Assembly: GCA_973895155.1 (NCBI GenBank)
Contig: OZ316898.1
Span: forward strand, 14,414,330-14,478,329
From: Marsupella aquatica
Lineage: Eukaryota; Plantae; Marchantiophyta
Length of the DNA: 64,000 nucleotides
Direction: 5' to 3'
The first letter of the stretch is position 1. The number at the start of each line of letters is the position of its first letter. Both the position numbers and the translations under genes were made by a program. A model generated the notes under the pieces. The model had not been told where the DNA came from and did no database searches. It worked only from the letters and a program-made list of their open reading frames with translations. Positions 36,501-48,614 of this stretch are shown here, one piece after another.

Positions 36501-37726
36501 AAGTTTAGAGCAGCGATCGCCCTCTCCAATCCATCGCTATTGTAATACATAGTTCATCCATTGGGTGCGCACATCCTCGAATTCATGGGTAATGTCTCGG
36601 CCATCAACTTTGCAGCTTGCGCCTCTCCATTAGCTGGGTCGCTCTCCAACCATAGTTGAGCACGCGTTAAATTGAGGCGCAGTCCCTCTTCCGTTTGTCT
36701 GCGCTCCCGTGCCTTACGCTTGCCCCAACAACGGTCAATCTTTTGGGCCTTCCTAAGGCATCAAATAAGCATCTGATCAGCCGGTAGATTTTGTTCCATG
36801 CATGAGGCTTCCTCTACTTCCCACATGTGCCTAATACGATCCTGGTAGGCCCGTTGGAGTTGGTGGCTAGTGTTCATCCGATGTTGCGAGGGGCGTTTGA
36901 TTGATGAAGTCGGAGTCAGGGTGGCCAGAACAGGGGCATGGTCTGACAGAGCAATCCCGGGCAAAATAGTGGAGGAGAGATCAAATTTTCTGTTGTGGGC
37001 GCATGCTGATGCGTAAATTCGATCCAGCCGGCGGAGGACCCTACTTCCCATGGGAGTGTTAGATTGAATTGCAGGGACATGGTGGAAAAGACGCTTATTA
37101 TCCTAGCTAAAATGGAGGTGTCCTGGTTGCTGCAAGAATGAGTCCTCCAAGTGGAGGCGCCGCTTGAGGTGTCTCCAGGCCCTCAGCTCGTTGCCGTAGA
37201 GAAGAGTTTCCCTTCCTCCCCGACAATCATCCTCATGTTCCACCATGTTAAAATCACCAAGGACTATCCACCTGAATGAGTGATCAATGGAGTTGAACAG
37301 TGCCCTCCACAGGTCCGCCCGTGCGCGTGTTGAATTAGGGGCATAAATTCCCAGGAATCCCACCTTTCCCGGCTTACCATGTATCATGCAGCACCAAGCG
37401 GCCCTACCACACGGGAGTCTCCCCTCTGAAACCACAAAGGGGAGGAGCCGGAAAGAAATTGCAATGGCCATTCCCCCCGTCCCAGCCGAAACTCCTTGGT
37501 TGCGGATGGCGTGGGCTCCATCCGATGCAGGAGCAATCACCCAGTGTGCATTCCGCCAGACTTCATGTTGTAATCTGAGTGTCCTGCCCACCCTGAGCTT
37601 GTGCTCCTGAATGCATAATATGTCAATGTTGCGATGTAGCCCCTCCAAGATGAAGCAGGCCCTGAGCCTTCGCCGCCTGGATGCAAGGCCCCTAAGGTTG
37701 TATGAGACAATGGTGAGTGTTGACAT
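33502..37726 (-). pseudogene. LINE ORF2: APE endonuclease - reverse transcriptase - zf-RVT, with stops and frameshifts
   Basis: APE motifs SYNLRGL, LCIQEHK, IYAPN, LGDFN, RLDRIY and SDHAPV. RT motifs KCPGPDG, RPITVLN, KLDVAKAFD, VRQGCPLSPLLF and LFADD. Downstream GGLGL and WCTRC...HCIWSC. Stops at 37103, 36761, ~36538 and 35284, with frameshifts near 36600 and 35570. Confidence 0.93.
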
Positions 37727-37787
37727 CTGGGACCTGCACAGGTGGGGGAAGCGGTACCGTTAGTACTGCTGTGTTGTCCTGAAGTTT

Positions 37788-39333
37788 TCACCGCTTAGAT
37801 GGGGTACCAATGTCGTCAATAATCGCTGCTAGCGATGGATCAGAGTCAGTGTCAGATGTAGTCTTGCACCGTAGGCGTTTCCAAATGGTGACGTTGTTGA
37901 TGCTGAGAGGCTGTAGTGACGTTGGCGTATGATTTGGGGGCGGCAAGGGAGCCTTAGGTAGTGTTACTTCTACCACAATCGGTTGAGAGAGGTCAATACG
38001 TGGGTCTGCCTTCACCCCAGCCTGAGGTTTGATAGTCCACACCTGCTTCGGTGGCCGTCGGGGGTTCGATTGGCCACTTCTAGGAGAGGTAGCGATTGTG
38101 TGGGGTACTCCCCTCTCCGTGATTGCCTCAATCCCAATCGCTGGAGCCAAAAATGTGGTGCACCCTTTTGCGTTCGATCGGGAATCCGAAGTATCTGAAT
38201 TAGACCTTGTTGAATTGGTATTGGCCCGACTTGTCCCCTTCTTCCAATGTTTCCTTGAGTCGATGGGGGCACGCGGCTGCCTAGATTGTTTTGTAGCTGA
38301 TGATGCCAGGGTCACAACCCCGTTCAAGGTCCAATCCGCCTCAAACTCCTGGGCCCTTAAGGCCAGGTGCTGCAGCTCCGCTTCCTCCCTTCGATGTTGC
38401 TCCTTAGCTTGCAACTGCCAAAAGGCCTCTTCCCGTCTTGCCTTGTATTCCACCCCCTGACACTCCTGCAGGACTTCACGGTCCAGCCTTTCCTTACGCT
38501 TTGTGGGATGTCGAGTTCCAGCCCCGGGGTTGTTGAATTGAATCACTTGATTGGCAAAGAAAGGTGGACGTGGCACCATGCAAGCGGCTGGCAAGTGTTT
38601 GTAGGAGAAGCAAAAACAACACCGAAGATTCCTGCCCACGTAATCAAAAAGGATAGTAGATACCTCAGATTCACTAAGCCTGAATTTTCCCTTACTGGGG
38701 AAAATCTTGAGTGTGGACTCCACCAGAGCTGAAATGTGATGGTGTTCGATGTCGGGGGCTAACTTAGCCCGTATGAACTTGCCCACTGGCACGACAATGA
38801 ACTTGATGAATTCATAAATCACCGGATTGCCCTCTTTGATGTAAATAGAGACCAAATGTTTGAAAGTCGGGCTGGTTGCAGGGATCAAAAGTAGCCTTGT
38901 AGTCATTGACTGCTACGTATCGGTCTAGTGCTTTCAATGGAGATCGTTGCAACAGTTGCTGTTTGATGTCCTCTCCTAAGCTAGCGTCAAACTGAACCAC
39001 AAAGAGAGCGTTTGGCAATTCATCGTGGAGTGTCAGCTTAATCTCATTCTCCTGGTTGAAGGCCGAAATCCAATCCTTGGCCAACCGGGAGTCGAATTCA
39101 GACTCAAAACCCAACACCACCTTATTCCCAAAGATCCGCTGGCTACCTATCTGAAGAAGCTCTGGTGGTATACAAAAGATTTCCTCATTGTCAGCCGAGG
39201 GGATGCCTAGAGGGGTAACATGCTTTTGGTGGAGAGGTCCTCGTGCGGTGGTTTCCACTGCGTGACGGTGATTCAGATCTGTAGATTTTGACGATGTCGG
39301 TCTAGAATTCCGATGTGAGTGGGCGCTGGCCAT
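37788..39333 (-). pseudogene. LINE ORF1 (DUF4283/RRM-like plus CCHC zinc knuckle), one frameshift
   Basis: The 173-aa and 372-aa ORFs join by a +1 frameshift near 38864 (..CNQPDF/KHLVSIYI..). Contains C-x2-C-x4-H-x4-C (CFCFSYKHLPAAC region) and ends 61 nt before the ORF2 ATG. Confidence 0.85.
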
Positions 39334-39623
39334 AACTTAAACAGATTCGCTGGACGGAACAAAACTCACCGGGAGCTCAAAAGAGAGTGTGTGTTAGTGA
39401 GTAGAGAATTCGGTAATGGCTCATCCGGTACCGCAGCAGAAGCAGGAGAGTCTGAACTCGGTAATACAATGGTGTGTATCAGTGGTGGAGGTCACAGATA
39501 GGTGTGTGGGAGAATTCTTAGAGACGCCATAACTGATGCAGTGCGTCGGAGACGAGATGCCAGGATGTATGCAGATAGTCTATGCTGAGGCTCCAGGTGA
39601 CTAAAACCGCAACAATTTGAAAT

Positions 39624-39920
39624 CTCGGGGGTTTCACTTCTACAAAAATGGCATATCACGTGCGACGAAGGATAGGGTCATTTTATTGGTTCTAAGGGAA
39701 GACTTAAGAATTTTTGTAGAAGAACAATAAAATCTTTTAAATTCAATTTTGAGACTTATAAGAACATTAGGGTCTTTTTAATCCAATTTTTAGAATATTC
39801 CAAGAATATTCCAACTTTATAGGGGTTAAAAAATAAAAATAAATTCTTACATTTTAGGGGGTCCGAGGCCTAAAAACGTCATAGGAGATGGGGAGGTCCC
39901 CATATAGTGAGACCCCCGAG
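39624..39920 (+). mobile_element. MITE (297 bp) inserted in the LINE 5' UTR
   Basis: TIRs ctcgggggtttcact / agtgagacccccgag (14/15). 8-bp TSD TTTGAAAT at 39616-39623 and 39921-39928. AT-rich interior homologous to 62456-62760. Confidence 0.88.
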
Positions 39921-40399
39921 TTTGAAATCTCAGGTCACTTTTCCTCTCAAAAACGCCAGGTGTGCGATGAGCGTGAAGAACTAGGCGGAGTTCAGGAAGC
40001 GCAGCAGGGTGTGTGAAAATCGTGTTTACCCAACATCAAACATACAGGGACCGTTAAGATAAGACAGATCCGGATTAGCCAAATATAGTGGATACTTTGA
40101 AAAAACTAATCCCCAACGGCAGTGGAACCGGTCAGAGTGCACCGTTGGTGGTAAAGCAGACCCGCGTTACCGGGTGATCCTATCCGGTGAGATATCCCAT
40201 CAATCCACCGGACCCTCCCAACCCCTCCTCTCACCACAAATCATGGAGCGCTACATCGCACTCAGCCGTGTTCGCACCCCCTAGATATCCCTCGGACAGC
40301 ACGACTTTTGCTCTGAGAGCTTGTAATGTTCTGGGCGAGGGTAGGAAGAAGATTGCTCATGCATGACATCCAAAACATCTCAACTTTAGGGCCTCCCTG

Positions 40400-41090
40400 C
40401 AGGTCCCACTCCATGACCCACATATGCGGTTTATTCGCCTTTCAGTTCTAAGTTTAATAGGGTGTTGACCCTCATATGCAGTTTACTCCAGAGTTCTACC
40501 AGACCTTTCAGTTCTAAGTTCAATAGGGTGTTAGACCTTTCAGTTCTAAGTTCAATAGGGTGTTAGGCCTTTCAGTTCTAAGTTCAATAGGGTGTTAGCT
40601 TTTTCAGTGCTTCTTTGTAAGTTACTTTTTTGTCCTTGTGCCTTTGTTGGCTTTTGGTTTGGGTCCCTTGGCTTGTTTTTCCTGGGGCCCTTTCTCCTCT
40701 TTTCCTCCCCTTCATTGGGTTAGGTCCAACTCCATGACTTTCCTATGCTGTTTACTCGAGAGCTCTCCCAGGCCTTTCAGGTCTCGGGTGTTAGCTTTCA
40801 CTGCTCCTTTGCAGGTTAGGTTACTTTTTTATCCTTGTTTTTTTGTTGGCTTTTGGTTGGGTCCCTTGGCTTGTTTTTGCAGGGGCCCTTGCGTTCTTTT
40901 CCTCTCCTTTTGGGTTGCTTTCCTTTGGGACCATGTCTCCCAGTTCAGCATTTTCTGCCTTGTACAGTGTGATATATACTTGGTACTCGTACTGCATTTT
41001 CTGCCTTGTACAGTGTGATATATACTTGGTACTCGTACTGCATTTTCTGCCTTGTACAGTGTGATATATACTTGGTACTCGTACTGCTAG
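40400..41090 (+). repeat. Dispersed LINE/SINE-3'-like repeat (copy 2) with internal tandem expansions
   Basis: A 32-bp unit cctttcagttctaagttcaatagggtgttag occurs 3x contiguously plus one upstream copy (40438-40600). A perfect 46-bp unit gcattttctgccttgtacagtgtgatatatacttggtactcgtact occurs 3x (40948-41085). There is also an internal larger duplication. Confidence 0.8.
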
Positions 41091-41926
41091 TCTAGTATCT
41101 TCACCTAGTGTTTTGTCTTTTGATCTATTCGTAAAGAATTAATCACTGGTGTGAAGTACTCGCAATGAGCGCATGCCCCACAACAGAGGATCTTTCTCAC
41201 TTCAATCAATTAAAAAGAACGGCATGCAGCACGCCCAGCAGCACGGCTCACAAATCCCAAGAGGATACTCCTGACAACGGGTGAAGTCTACATTCCTGAT
41301 ATCTCACCAAGAAAACTCAATTTAGGTGGATGTCTGTACCGGATTGCCCAAGGGGATCTTTGTTGATCGCTTCATTTCAATCTTCTTTTCACTTCGCAAT
41401 CATTGTCGGCTTGATGCCTCGCTTGATTCATTCTGAGAACGGGAGGGTTGGGACTGATCACTGATTGAAGACAGATCCGAGTGTGAAAGTGTGACCAAGC
41501 TCTTGCACATCAAAAGTGCCATCTCCGCTCAATGTGGCCGCGAGCTAGGGGAAAGGGGATGACAATAATTTGCAAGCGAATGATTCAGTGAGTGCCCACT
41601 TGCCAGCTTACTAATTAATAACTACTACGGTCTTGCTCCCCCAACTCGGGGGATATATAATGCTTCGCGCGTGCAGGCTACTGTCGGCATGGTTTTTCGC
41701 TTTTTCTTTTTCTTTTTCTTGTTCGGCGAAGGTGGCGAATGCCTGTTCAGGAGAAAAGTCAAATTCAGGCTGGTAGAGTCCTTGGCTAGGAAGGAAACTT
41801 ACTGTCTAATGTAAGACAGGAAACCTAATCAATTTTAGACAAGATTGGGGAAGACTATTGAGTGAGGTGAAATCTAGTTACTGTAGTACTTATATGCCAG
41901 TATCAATTACTCCTGCTGGTAGGCCT

Positions 41927-42016
41927 GTTGCCACTATAGCCTGTCACCTGCCACTGTAGCCTGTCACCTGCCACTGTAGCCTGTCACCTGCCACTGTAGC
42001 CTGTCACCTGCCACTG
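41927..42016. repeat. 20-bp minisatellite, ~4.3 copies
   Basis: tgccactgtagcctgtcacc repeated in tandem. Confidence 0.92.
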
Positions 42017-42276
42017 ATCACTTGCCCAGGCCCATGCCTGTACTGTTCACTGCAATTAGTAGGACTTTTCATTTCAATTGGCCCATGCTTTACACTGTTG
42101 ACCATAGCTAGCGCTGCTCACACTAGTGCACATTTGCAACTGTGCGTTCAATTTTCAAGAGGTTTTCAAAACAGCTCAACTTTACAAAAAGAAATTCCAC
42201 CCAAATGAGTAAATGCATTAAAGTTCATATTACTTTGTCATCATGTAGAATCATTTTTACACATCTTGTCAAGTGA

Positions 42277-42277
<1 letters not shown>

Positions 42278-42313
<36 letters not shown>

Positions 42314-42560
42314 CACTGCCAAAAAGACAGGAACGACCAAACCAAGAGACATGGTCCCAAAGGTGAAAGAACCCAATAAAGGGGGTGAAAGAAAAGACCC
42401 CAAGAAGACCAAAGAGACCCAAAAAGTGAAAGAGTAACCCTGAAGTACCAAAAGACTAAGGAGCAAACAACAAACAAAAAACTCTACTGGGTGGTAAACT
42501 GAAAAACCTGGTAAAACTATGGAGTAAATCGCATAGAAAGGTCACGGAGGGGAATCTGCC
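42278..42560 (-). repeat. (TA)n microsatellite plus dispersed LINE/SINE-3'-like repeat (copy 3)
   Basis: The TA run at 42278-42313 abuts cactgccaaaaagacagga..., homologous to 31320-31430 and inverted relative to 40400-41000. Confidence 0.7.
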
Positions 42561-44159
42561 TGGGCTCTCAGAAGTGAAACCTTTTTATTTCTTTCCAAAC
42601 CCTATGTGCATGCCTGGAAAATTAATGCCACACTAAAGTGATCCCTTTGCCCTGTTCAGTACAACTTCCAACAGAACAACTTCCAACAGACCCTGACAGC
42701 TCTGCCCCCTCCCTTTGGAGTCATCTGAGCAAGCAAGGAGTTCACACTCTAGATTCCATTTCAACCTACCATCCTTGGGTACTAAGTTTGGACCTTGATT
42801 GTATAGCCACACCTTGTGCATGCTTTGCATTAGCTAGTTCAATCGGTCCTCCTTGTTGCAAATAAGGTTGTAGATCATGCAACTGATGTTGGTGCATCCT
42901 ATTGAGGTTGGTGAACGCTTATCCTCCCTAACTACTTTTATTATGAAACACTTATTAAAAGTTATTGTGAAGTACCTTAGCCCCTAGTCACACTATTGCA
43001 GTGGTCAAATTTTCACCCATCATTTGCTTAGTTTGGAGTTCAATTGCATGTAGCCTCACGATGCAGAGACCCCTCGATCCCTATCCTACCCACCAACTAC
43101 ATATTGGAAACCTTTTTAGATTCAATTCAGGTGGTGTAAGCCTCTTTAATCTTGTGGATAGAAAAAAATCATGCTGCCTTCTGACTGGTGGGTGAAGGTT
43201 TAAAGGAAAACGATGCACAACTCGTGCTATGTGGATTGATTTTTTTCAAATAAAATCAGAAATCCAGTGAAATGGACCATAGACTTTAGAACTACGTATA
43301 AATAGAACTATTCTTAATTAAGTCGTGTGGTGGTGGATGGGTGGGACAACCCTATAAAGAAATGGAAAAGATTTTGGGGTCCCATTTGGTGGTGTTGAAG
43401 GTTTTGAGGTGAGGTTTTTGTCCACTTTGGACCTCTTTTGTTTCCTTTTTAACCTCTGTTTGGCACTTTCTGTAAAATGTTTGTTGTGGCTATTTTGAGG
43501 GTAAGTTTTTGAGTGTTGAAAAGAACTCAAGTGGTTAGGAGAATTTATTCATAAATGTTTTCCTCAGAATTTTCTGGACACCTGCCCGAGAAGGTTCATG
43601 ACTTTTACGAATATAGGTCCGATTTGCCAGAAAAGAGGGTTCGCCAAAAAATGGCTGAGTAGTTTATGGGGACGGTGCCCATTTCACTGGACAGAAGCCA
43701 ATAAATTCCGAGACTTTAAATTTGACTGCCAGAGTTTGGTCTTTTATTCTCTGCTTATTTCAAGCGGAAAGACCAAACCAGCAGGCCCTTTACGAGCGCC
43801 ACCATCCATTTCGTTCGTTCTGGACGAGTAATTGTTGGGCACGTCTACAGATTCATGGGGCCCAAGAAAGCCATGATGTGAGGTGAATTTTTGGTGTGGG
43901 GTCGTTCGCTAGTTGAGTGAGTGACCAGAGTGGCACTCCTTTCTAGATCTACAATGTTCTATAGATGGACCACCTTACAATGTTAGTCTTCACCCTTTAC
44001 TATTAACTAAATAGTAAAGGGTGCAATTTGCAATCAGATATTTTATATATTTTTTATTATATGCTTTATATGACAGAATCAACCAAGCTTGTGTTATGAA
44101 CATTTCCTAATATGCAGGCCAAGCTGGCGGATGTGTTTCCCGTGTTGGGCTCCTGGTAT

Positions 44160-44290
44160 AATAAAACCATTGAAAATGTCATTTGACCCTGGTTTTCAGG
44201 GCTCCTTGTAAAATAAAAACAATGAAAAATGTCATTTGACCCTGGTTTTGAGGGCTGGGGAATATAAAAACAATGAAAGACCCTGGGTTA
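44160..44290. repeat. ~53-bp diverged tandem repeat
   Basis: ataaaa..a.tgaaaatgtcatttgaccctggtttt.agggct occurs twice, plus a partial third copy. Confidence 0.7.
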
Positions 44291-45826
44291 TGACAACTAC
44301 AGGAGACTAAGCAATGCATCTCAAACAATTTTTGAAAATTTATTGGATGATTTAAATCTTACTTATAAGCGTCAATTACAAGCTAGAGTTGGAGCCTAGG
44401 TTTCTAGAATGAAGCCTGTAGACTGTAACTCTATGATTCATCATGTGGATAGAAGAACTCATGATCATGTGGATGAGAAAACTCATGACCATAATATATG
44501 TCAAATAATAAGCATATGTACATTTTGTCATGATTTTTATTTACATTAAAAAATGGACTTTATGGCCACCATAACATATGTGCATAGAAAGAGTATTGTA
44601 TGTTATATACTATTTTTAATTTTTATCATTTCATTAACCTTCAAAGAATGTGAATAAGGAATACATTTGGTGATATTTTTATTGTACTCCTCCTTATTCA
44701 TATCAAAGAACGAGTAATCGGGGCTAGGTTTGTTAACTCACAATGAATAGTCAACTCAAAAGTTTCCCTTGGGTGCTGCCCTCTTGGGGGGGGGGCGGGC
44801 ACCCCATGTGTATGCAGGTATTTGAATGGGTTAAGTTTGGGTTTTTCCGAGGCAAAAAAAGAATCCCCCCAGTTGAGGAACGCTCAGTAAGCTCAATTAT
44901 ATTGAGTCTCAATTTCTTTGTTCATCCTATGATCGCGGTCAAAGGCATTTTCCTGGGGAAAAATGTGACCAATTGGAAAATGCTTGTTCGTACACTCCAG
45001 ACAGCATACCAAAACCATTTTTTGAGAACAGTTATTTTTCCGCAAACCTGAAGGTTTGAGACACCCTACTGGGTCCTTTCGGAATACTCAAGTCCAAAGT
45101 GTCCCTCGTAGTACTCTTTGGGTCTCTCCATTGGGAGCCCTCAAATCAAAAGTTTCCCTCGTGGGAGAATACTCACTTGGTCCCTAGGGATTGCGTCAAA
45201 CACTCAAACCTGATCGTCAAGTATTGTTTAAGCCCATGGGAGCATCAATTCGTGTCACGGGAGAGCATGGCCGAAATACAGCAGTGGATTAGCATCAATT
45301 TCCGTCGTGGGCGAGCGTGACTGAGAAAAGCAGTGGCTTACAGAAGCAAACATGGGGAAACCGTCTGTCCTCGAGCATAAATTACAACAGTATGACTCCA
45401 TTATTTGCAGAATCAGATCCCCTTGTGTAAAGTATCACAAACGCATCCAGGTGGTGAATATGAAGGTCAATCGCAATTGACCTTTACGGCATCAACCGAG
45501 TAATAACGCCACTCGCAGAACAGATTGAGCTTTTCTATCGCTGATTTGTTTATGTCGGTCTTTGTCGTTTCAACTACTGTACATTCCTTGTATCTCATCA
45601 GCGTGGCCGAAGCAGCTGCAACAAGCCCCGCAACATGCTCTAGCCGCAATCTACTCTGGGGCAAGGGAGTAAGGAAGCCCCATCGGAGAAGGAAGACCAA
45701 ACTGAGCAGCGACTCGTCTTCGTTCGTTCCAGTGTCTCGGACCAGCTGCTGTTGAATAGGTACGTACTTATTCTCGACGTGACAACTCCAAGTCCTGAGA
45801 CATCGAGGATTGATGTGGCTCACATG

Positions 45827-45913
45827 TCGCATTTCGCGTTTGGAAGGAATGTCCGTTCATTGAATTGATTTCGCATTTCGCGTTTGGAAGGAATGTCCGT
45901 TCATTGAATTGAT
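45827..45913. repeat. 44-bp perfect tandem duplication upstream of the GT47 gene
   Basis: tcgcatttcgcgtttggaaggaatgtccgttcattgaattgat occurs twice. Confidence 0.9.
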
Positions 45914-46423
45914 ATACATAGCCTTCATTATTCTTGATATTACTGCAGAGCTAGCTTAGTTCTTGATTGGTATAGCTGGGAATCACGGATCTGGATGCAG
46001 GCGGGGATGTAGGACCAAAAAGTCTGTCATTGCACCGGTTTTGGTGCTTTGAATTTGTTGCGTTCGTTTCTAGAAGCATTCTCTTGGCTCCACATTAGTC
46101 TCTTCCATCCACCCCTCGGGATGTGCTGATTTTGTAACAATTTGGTGGAAGGTAGGCCCATCGCCTTGTCTATTCCTAGCCTCACGTGCCGCGCGAGGGA
46201 CACGCTATGGTAGCTCTGTTGACGGGGACTGCGTGATGCGTTGGCCTGCAGGTCGGAGCGAGTGCAGTGGTACAAGTGCCACAGTATTCACAACCCCATC
46301 TCCATCATGTTGTGGAATGGAGTCCACCACATCTTCCGAGCTAAGGAGGACGATGAAATGAAGATCAACCTGACAGGTACTCTTCGGAAAGCGGCTTAAA
46401 GGAAGTTTGATGCAAGAGCAAGA

Positions 46424-48614
46424 ATGGCGACAAACATGACCGGTAGTGGTGCGAGCAATCCTTCAAGTTCCAAGAGTATGAGACATTCTCGCGGCAATTA
46501 CAGAGTTCACGTAGTGGAAGTCTCGTTAGTCCTTACAGGTGTGTTTCTAGTTTGCTTTCTCTATGTCTGGGATGGCCGTTTAGCGGCCAGTCATCCTATC
46601 AGTCCTGCATCAACAGATTGGGGAATTGCCTCCTCGGAGGTCTTTCAGAATCTGGGGCCAAACAATGGCGTGAAAGGACGTCAACTTTTGAAGCTGGACG
46701 ATGGCTCCCACTCCTCTCGACGCAATCTCCTTGCTACAGCGACGGACTCTCTCTACCTGGCAACAAATATCTCCACCGGCATGGTTTCTTTGCAACAGCG
46801 TGCAACAGGAGATCCCTTGTACCATAATTTCGCTCTTTTCCAGCGGGATTACGCTGAAATGGAGAAAACGTTCAAGATTTTCGTATATCCCGAGGCTTTT
46901 AAGTCGACCGGGGAATACGCGCACGTTTTCCTTCCTCACCAGCATCCGGAAAGTAAGAACATCGGCAATTACTACAGCGAGCACAAATTCAAGATCACCT
47001 TGCTGAAGAGCAAGTTCGTTACCAAAGATTCAGATCAAGCCCACCTCTTTTATTTGCCGTTCTCAGTCAATGTCCTGCGCAACGATTTTAGTGTGAGAAC
47101 TGAGCCCAGCATCATCCAATTCGTGAGGAATTACATCGAGAATGTGAGCCAGGAGTACGAGTACTGGAACAGAAGTCTCGGCGCGGATCACTTCTTCGCA
47201 TGTTGCCATTCTGTGGGCAGAGATGTCCCGACGGCACTGCCGTCACTCAAGCGTAATTCAATCCAGCTCGTTTGTTCATCCAACTACTACTACAAAAATT
47301 ATCTTCCGCACAAGGATGTCGCACTTCCACAAGTGTGGCCTCGCAAGGATCTGAAAGAGGGCCTCTACCTTCCCGAACAGAGGTATGGACCGGTGCTCTC
47401 CACATACTGAGAGGGTGTTTTCCTTCGTCCCCGCTGTCATTCACGCTGTTTGTCTCGATCGGGTGATCATGTTCTAGCATCATTCTTACAGTTAGTGCTG
47501 CATGTTGACGAACACCATGATACGCAGGCGTCGAGATTGAATATCACTGTCCACTCTCATGAACAGGTTCAGCCGGTCAGCCGACCCTTTCGTAGAACAA
47601 GAAGTCAATTTCCATTTTCCCTGTAGTTCCCAACGTGTTGGTGTTGTTCACAATTGTTGCTACCTGCTCAGTTCATACCTACTCAGTACAAGATAAGGGA
47701 GGTACAACCTTCCTTGGAAGTCCACTGCCTGTTGCATTCTTCACGTGTACCGGTATAGAGACCTCTCGTCAGACATTGGTTGTCGTTTTGTCTGGGGATA
47801 GTTTGGAAACGAAAGAGACACACAGTACTGGGAAGAGGACGGGAAACTATCCATCGAATTCAGAGCCAGATGGGAAAGATGTTGCAGATGCACTCCAGGA
47901 GGGAGATACATTCTGTTTTTGTAGAGTATGGTAAAGCTGCAGTTGTCTCTCTCTTCCCGGACATGGTTGAGGTCTCTTGTTTTGGAAGAGGATTGATTTG
48001 GGTGACGTAGCTGATGTGTATGACTATCGTGTTCTACCACACCGTGTCCCTGGCTTGAGGTATTTTGCACTCGATGTCATGTCGTTTCTAACAATCCTGG
48101 TGACCGCTGGTGATCCTCCTGCAGAACTCGACTAGCGTTTTACGCCGGCCGCATCCAGAACTCAAATATACGACAGCATCTTATCAAGACATGGGGTGAC
48201 GACCCAGACATGGACTTCTACGGAGGGGGAAGCAACGGGTCATACGAGAAGCACTTCCAGAATAGCAAGTTCTGCGTGCATGTCAGAGGGTATGAAGTGA
48301 ATACCGCCAGAATCTCAGACGCTATCCACTTTGCGTGCGTTCCAATCATTATCTCCGACTACTACGATCTTCCTTTGGGCGATGTTCTTGACTGGTCGCA
48401 ATTCTCCATCATCATTAGCTATACCAGGATTCCCGACCTCAAGAAAATTCTCGAAGGGGTAACAGACGAGCAGTATTCGGTGCTTTATAACAACGTTCTC
48501 AAGGTGAGAAAGCATTTCCAATGGAACGACACTCCCCAAGAGTTTGATGCGTTTAGCATGAGCATGTACCAGCTTTGGTTGAAGCGGTTCGTGCTACGGG
48601 ACTCTGTTTCGTAA
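46424..48614 (+). CDS. Exostosin-family (CAZy GT47) glycosyltransferase, type II membrane protein, 482 aa
   Basis: Exons 46424-47382 and 48125-48614. N-terminal TM (VSLVLTGVFLVCFLYVW). Motifs F.RDY.EMEKTFKIFVYP, AHLFYLPFSV, YWNRSLGADHFFACCH, KDVALPQ, LAFYAG, SKFC...GYEVNTARI.DAI...CVPIIISD.Y.LP and VRKHFQWN. Confidence 0.95.

Larger units (their letters stand above)
33176..40317 (-). mobile_element. Full-length L1-clade LINE retrotransposon (~7.1 kb), inactivated
   Basis: 15-bp TSD AGCTTGTAATGTTCT at 33161-33175 and 40318-40332. Short poly(A), seen as a T run to 33183. About 1-kb 5'UTR, ORF1, ORF2 and ~320-nt 3'UTR. Confidence 0.95.

Noticed and set aside
33698-38732. Plus-strand ORFs over the LINE (and antisense ORFs over the hAT, UER1 and GT47)
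   Set aside because: Shadow ORFs opposite genuine coding sequence.
40438-41087. CRISPR-like array (32-bp and 46-bp repeats next to a reverse transcriptase)
   Set aside because: The repeats are contiguous tandem copies without unique spacers (only one gap), there are no cas genes, the context is eukaryotic, and they lie outside the LINE TSD.
20628-48614. Cell-wall biosynthetic gene cluster (UER1 plus GT47)
   Set aside because: The genes are ~25 kb apart and separated by glyoxalase I and TEs. Both gene types are common, and there is no evidence of co-regulation.
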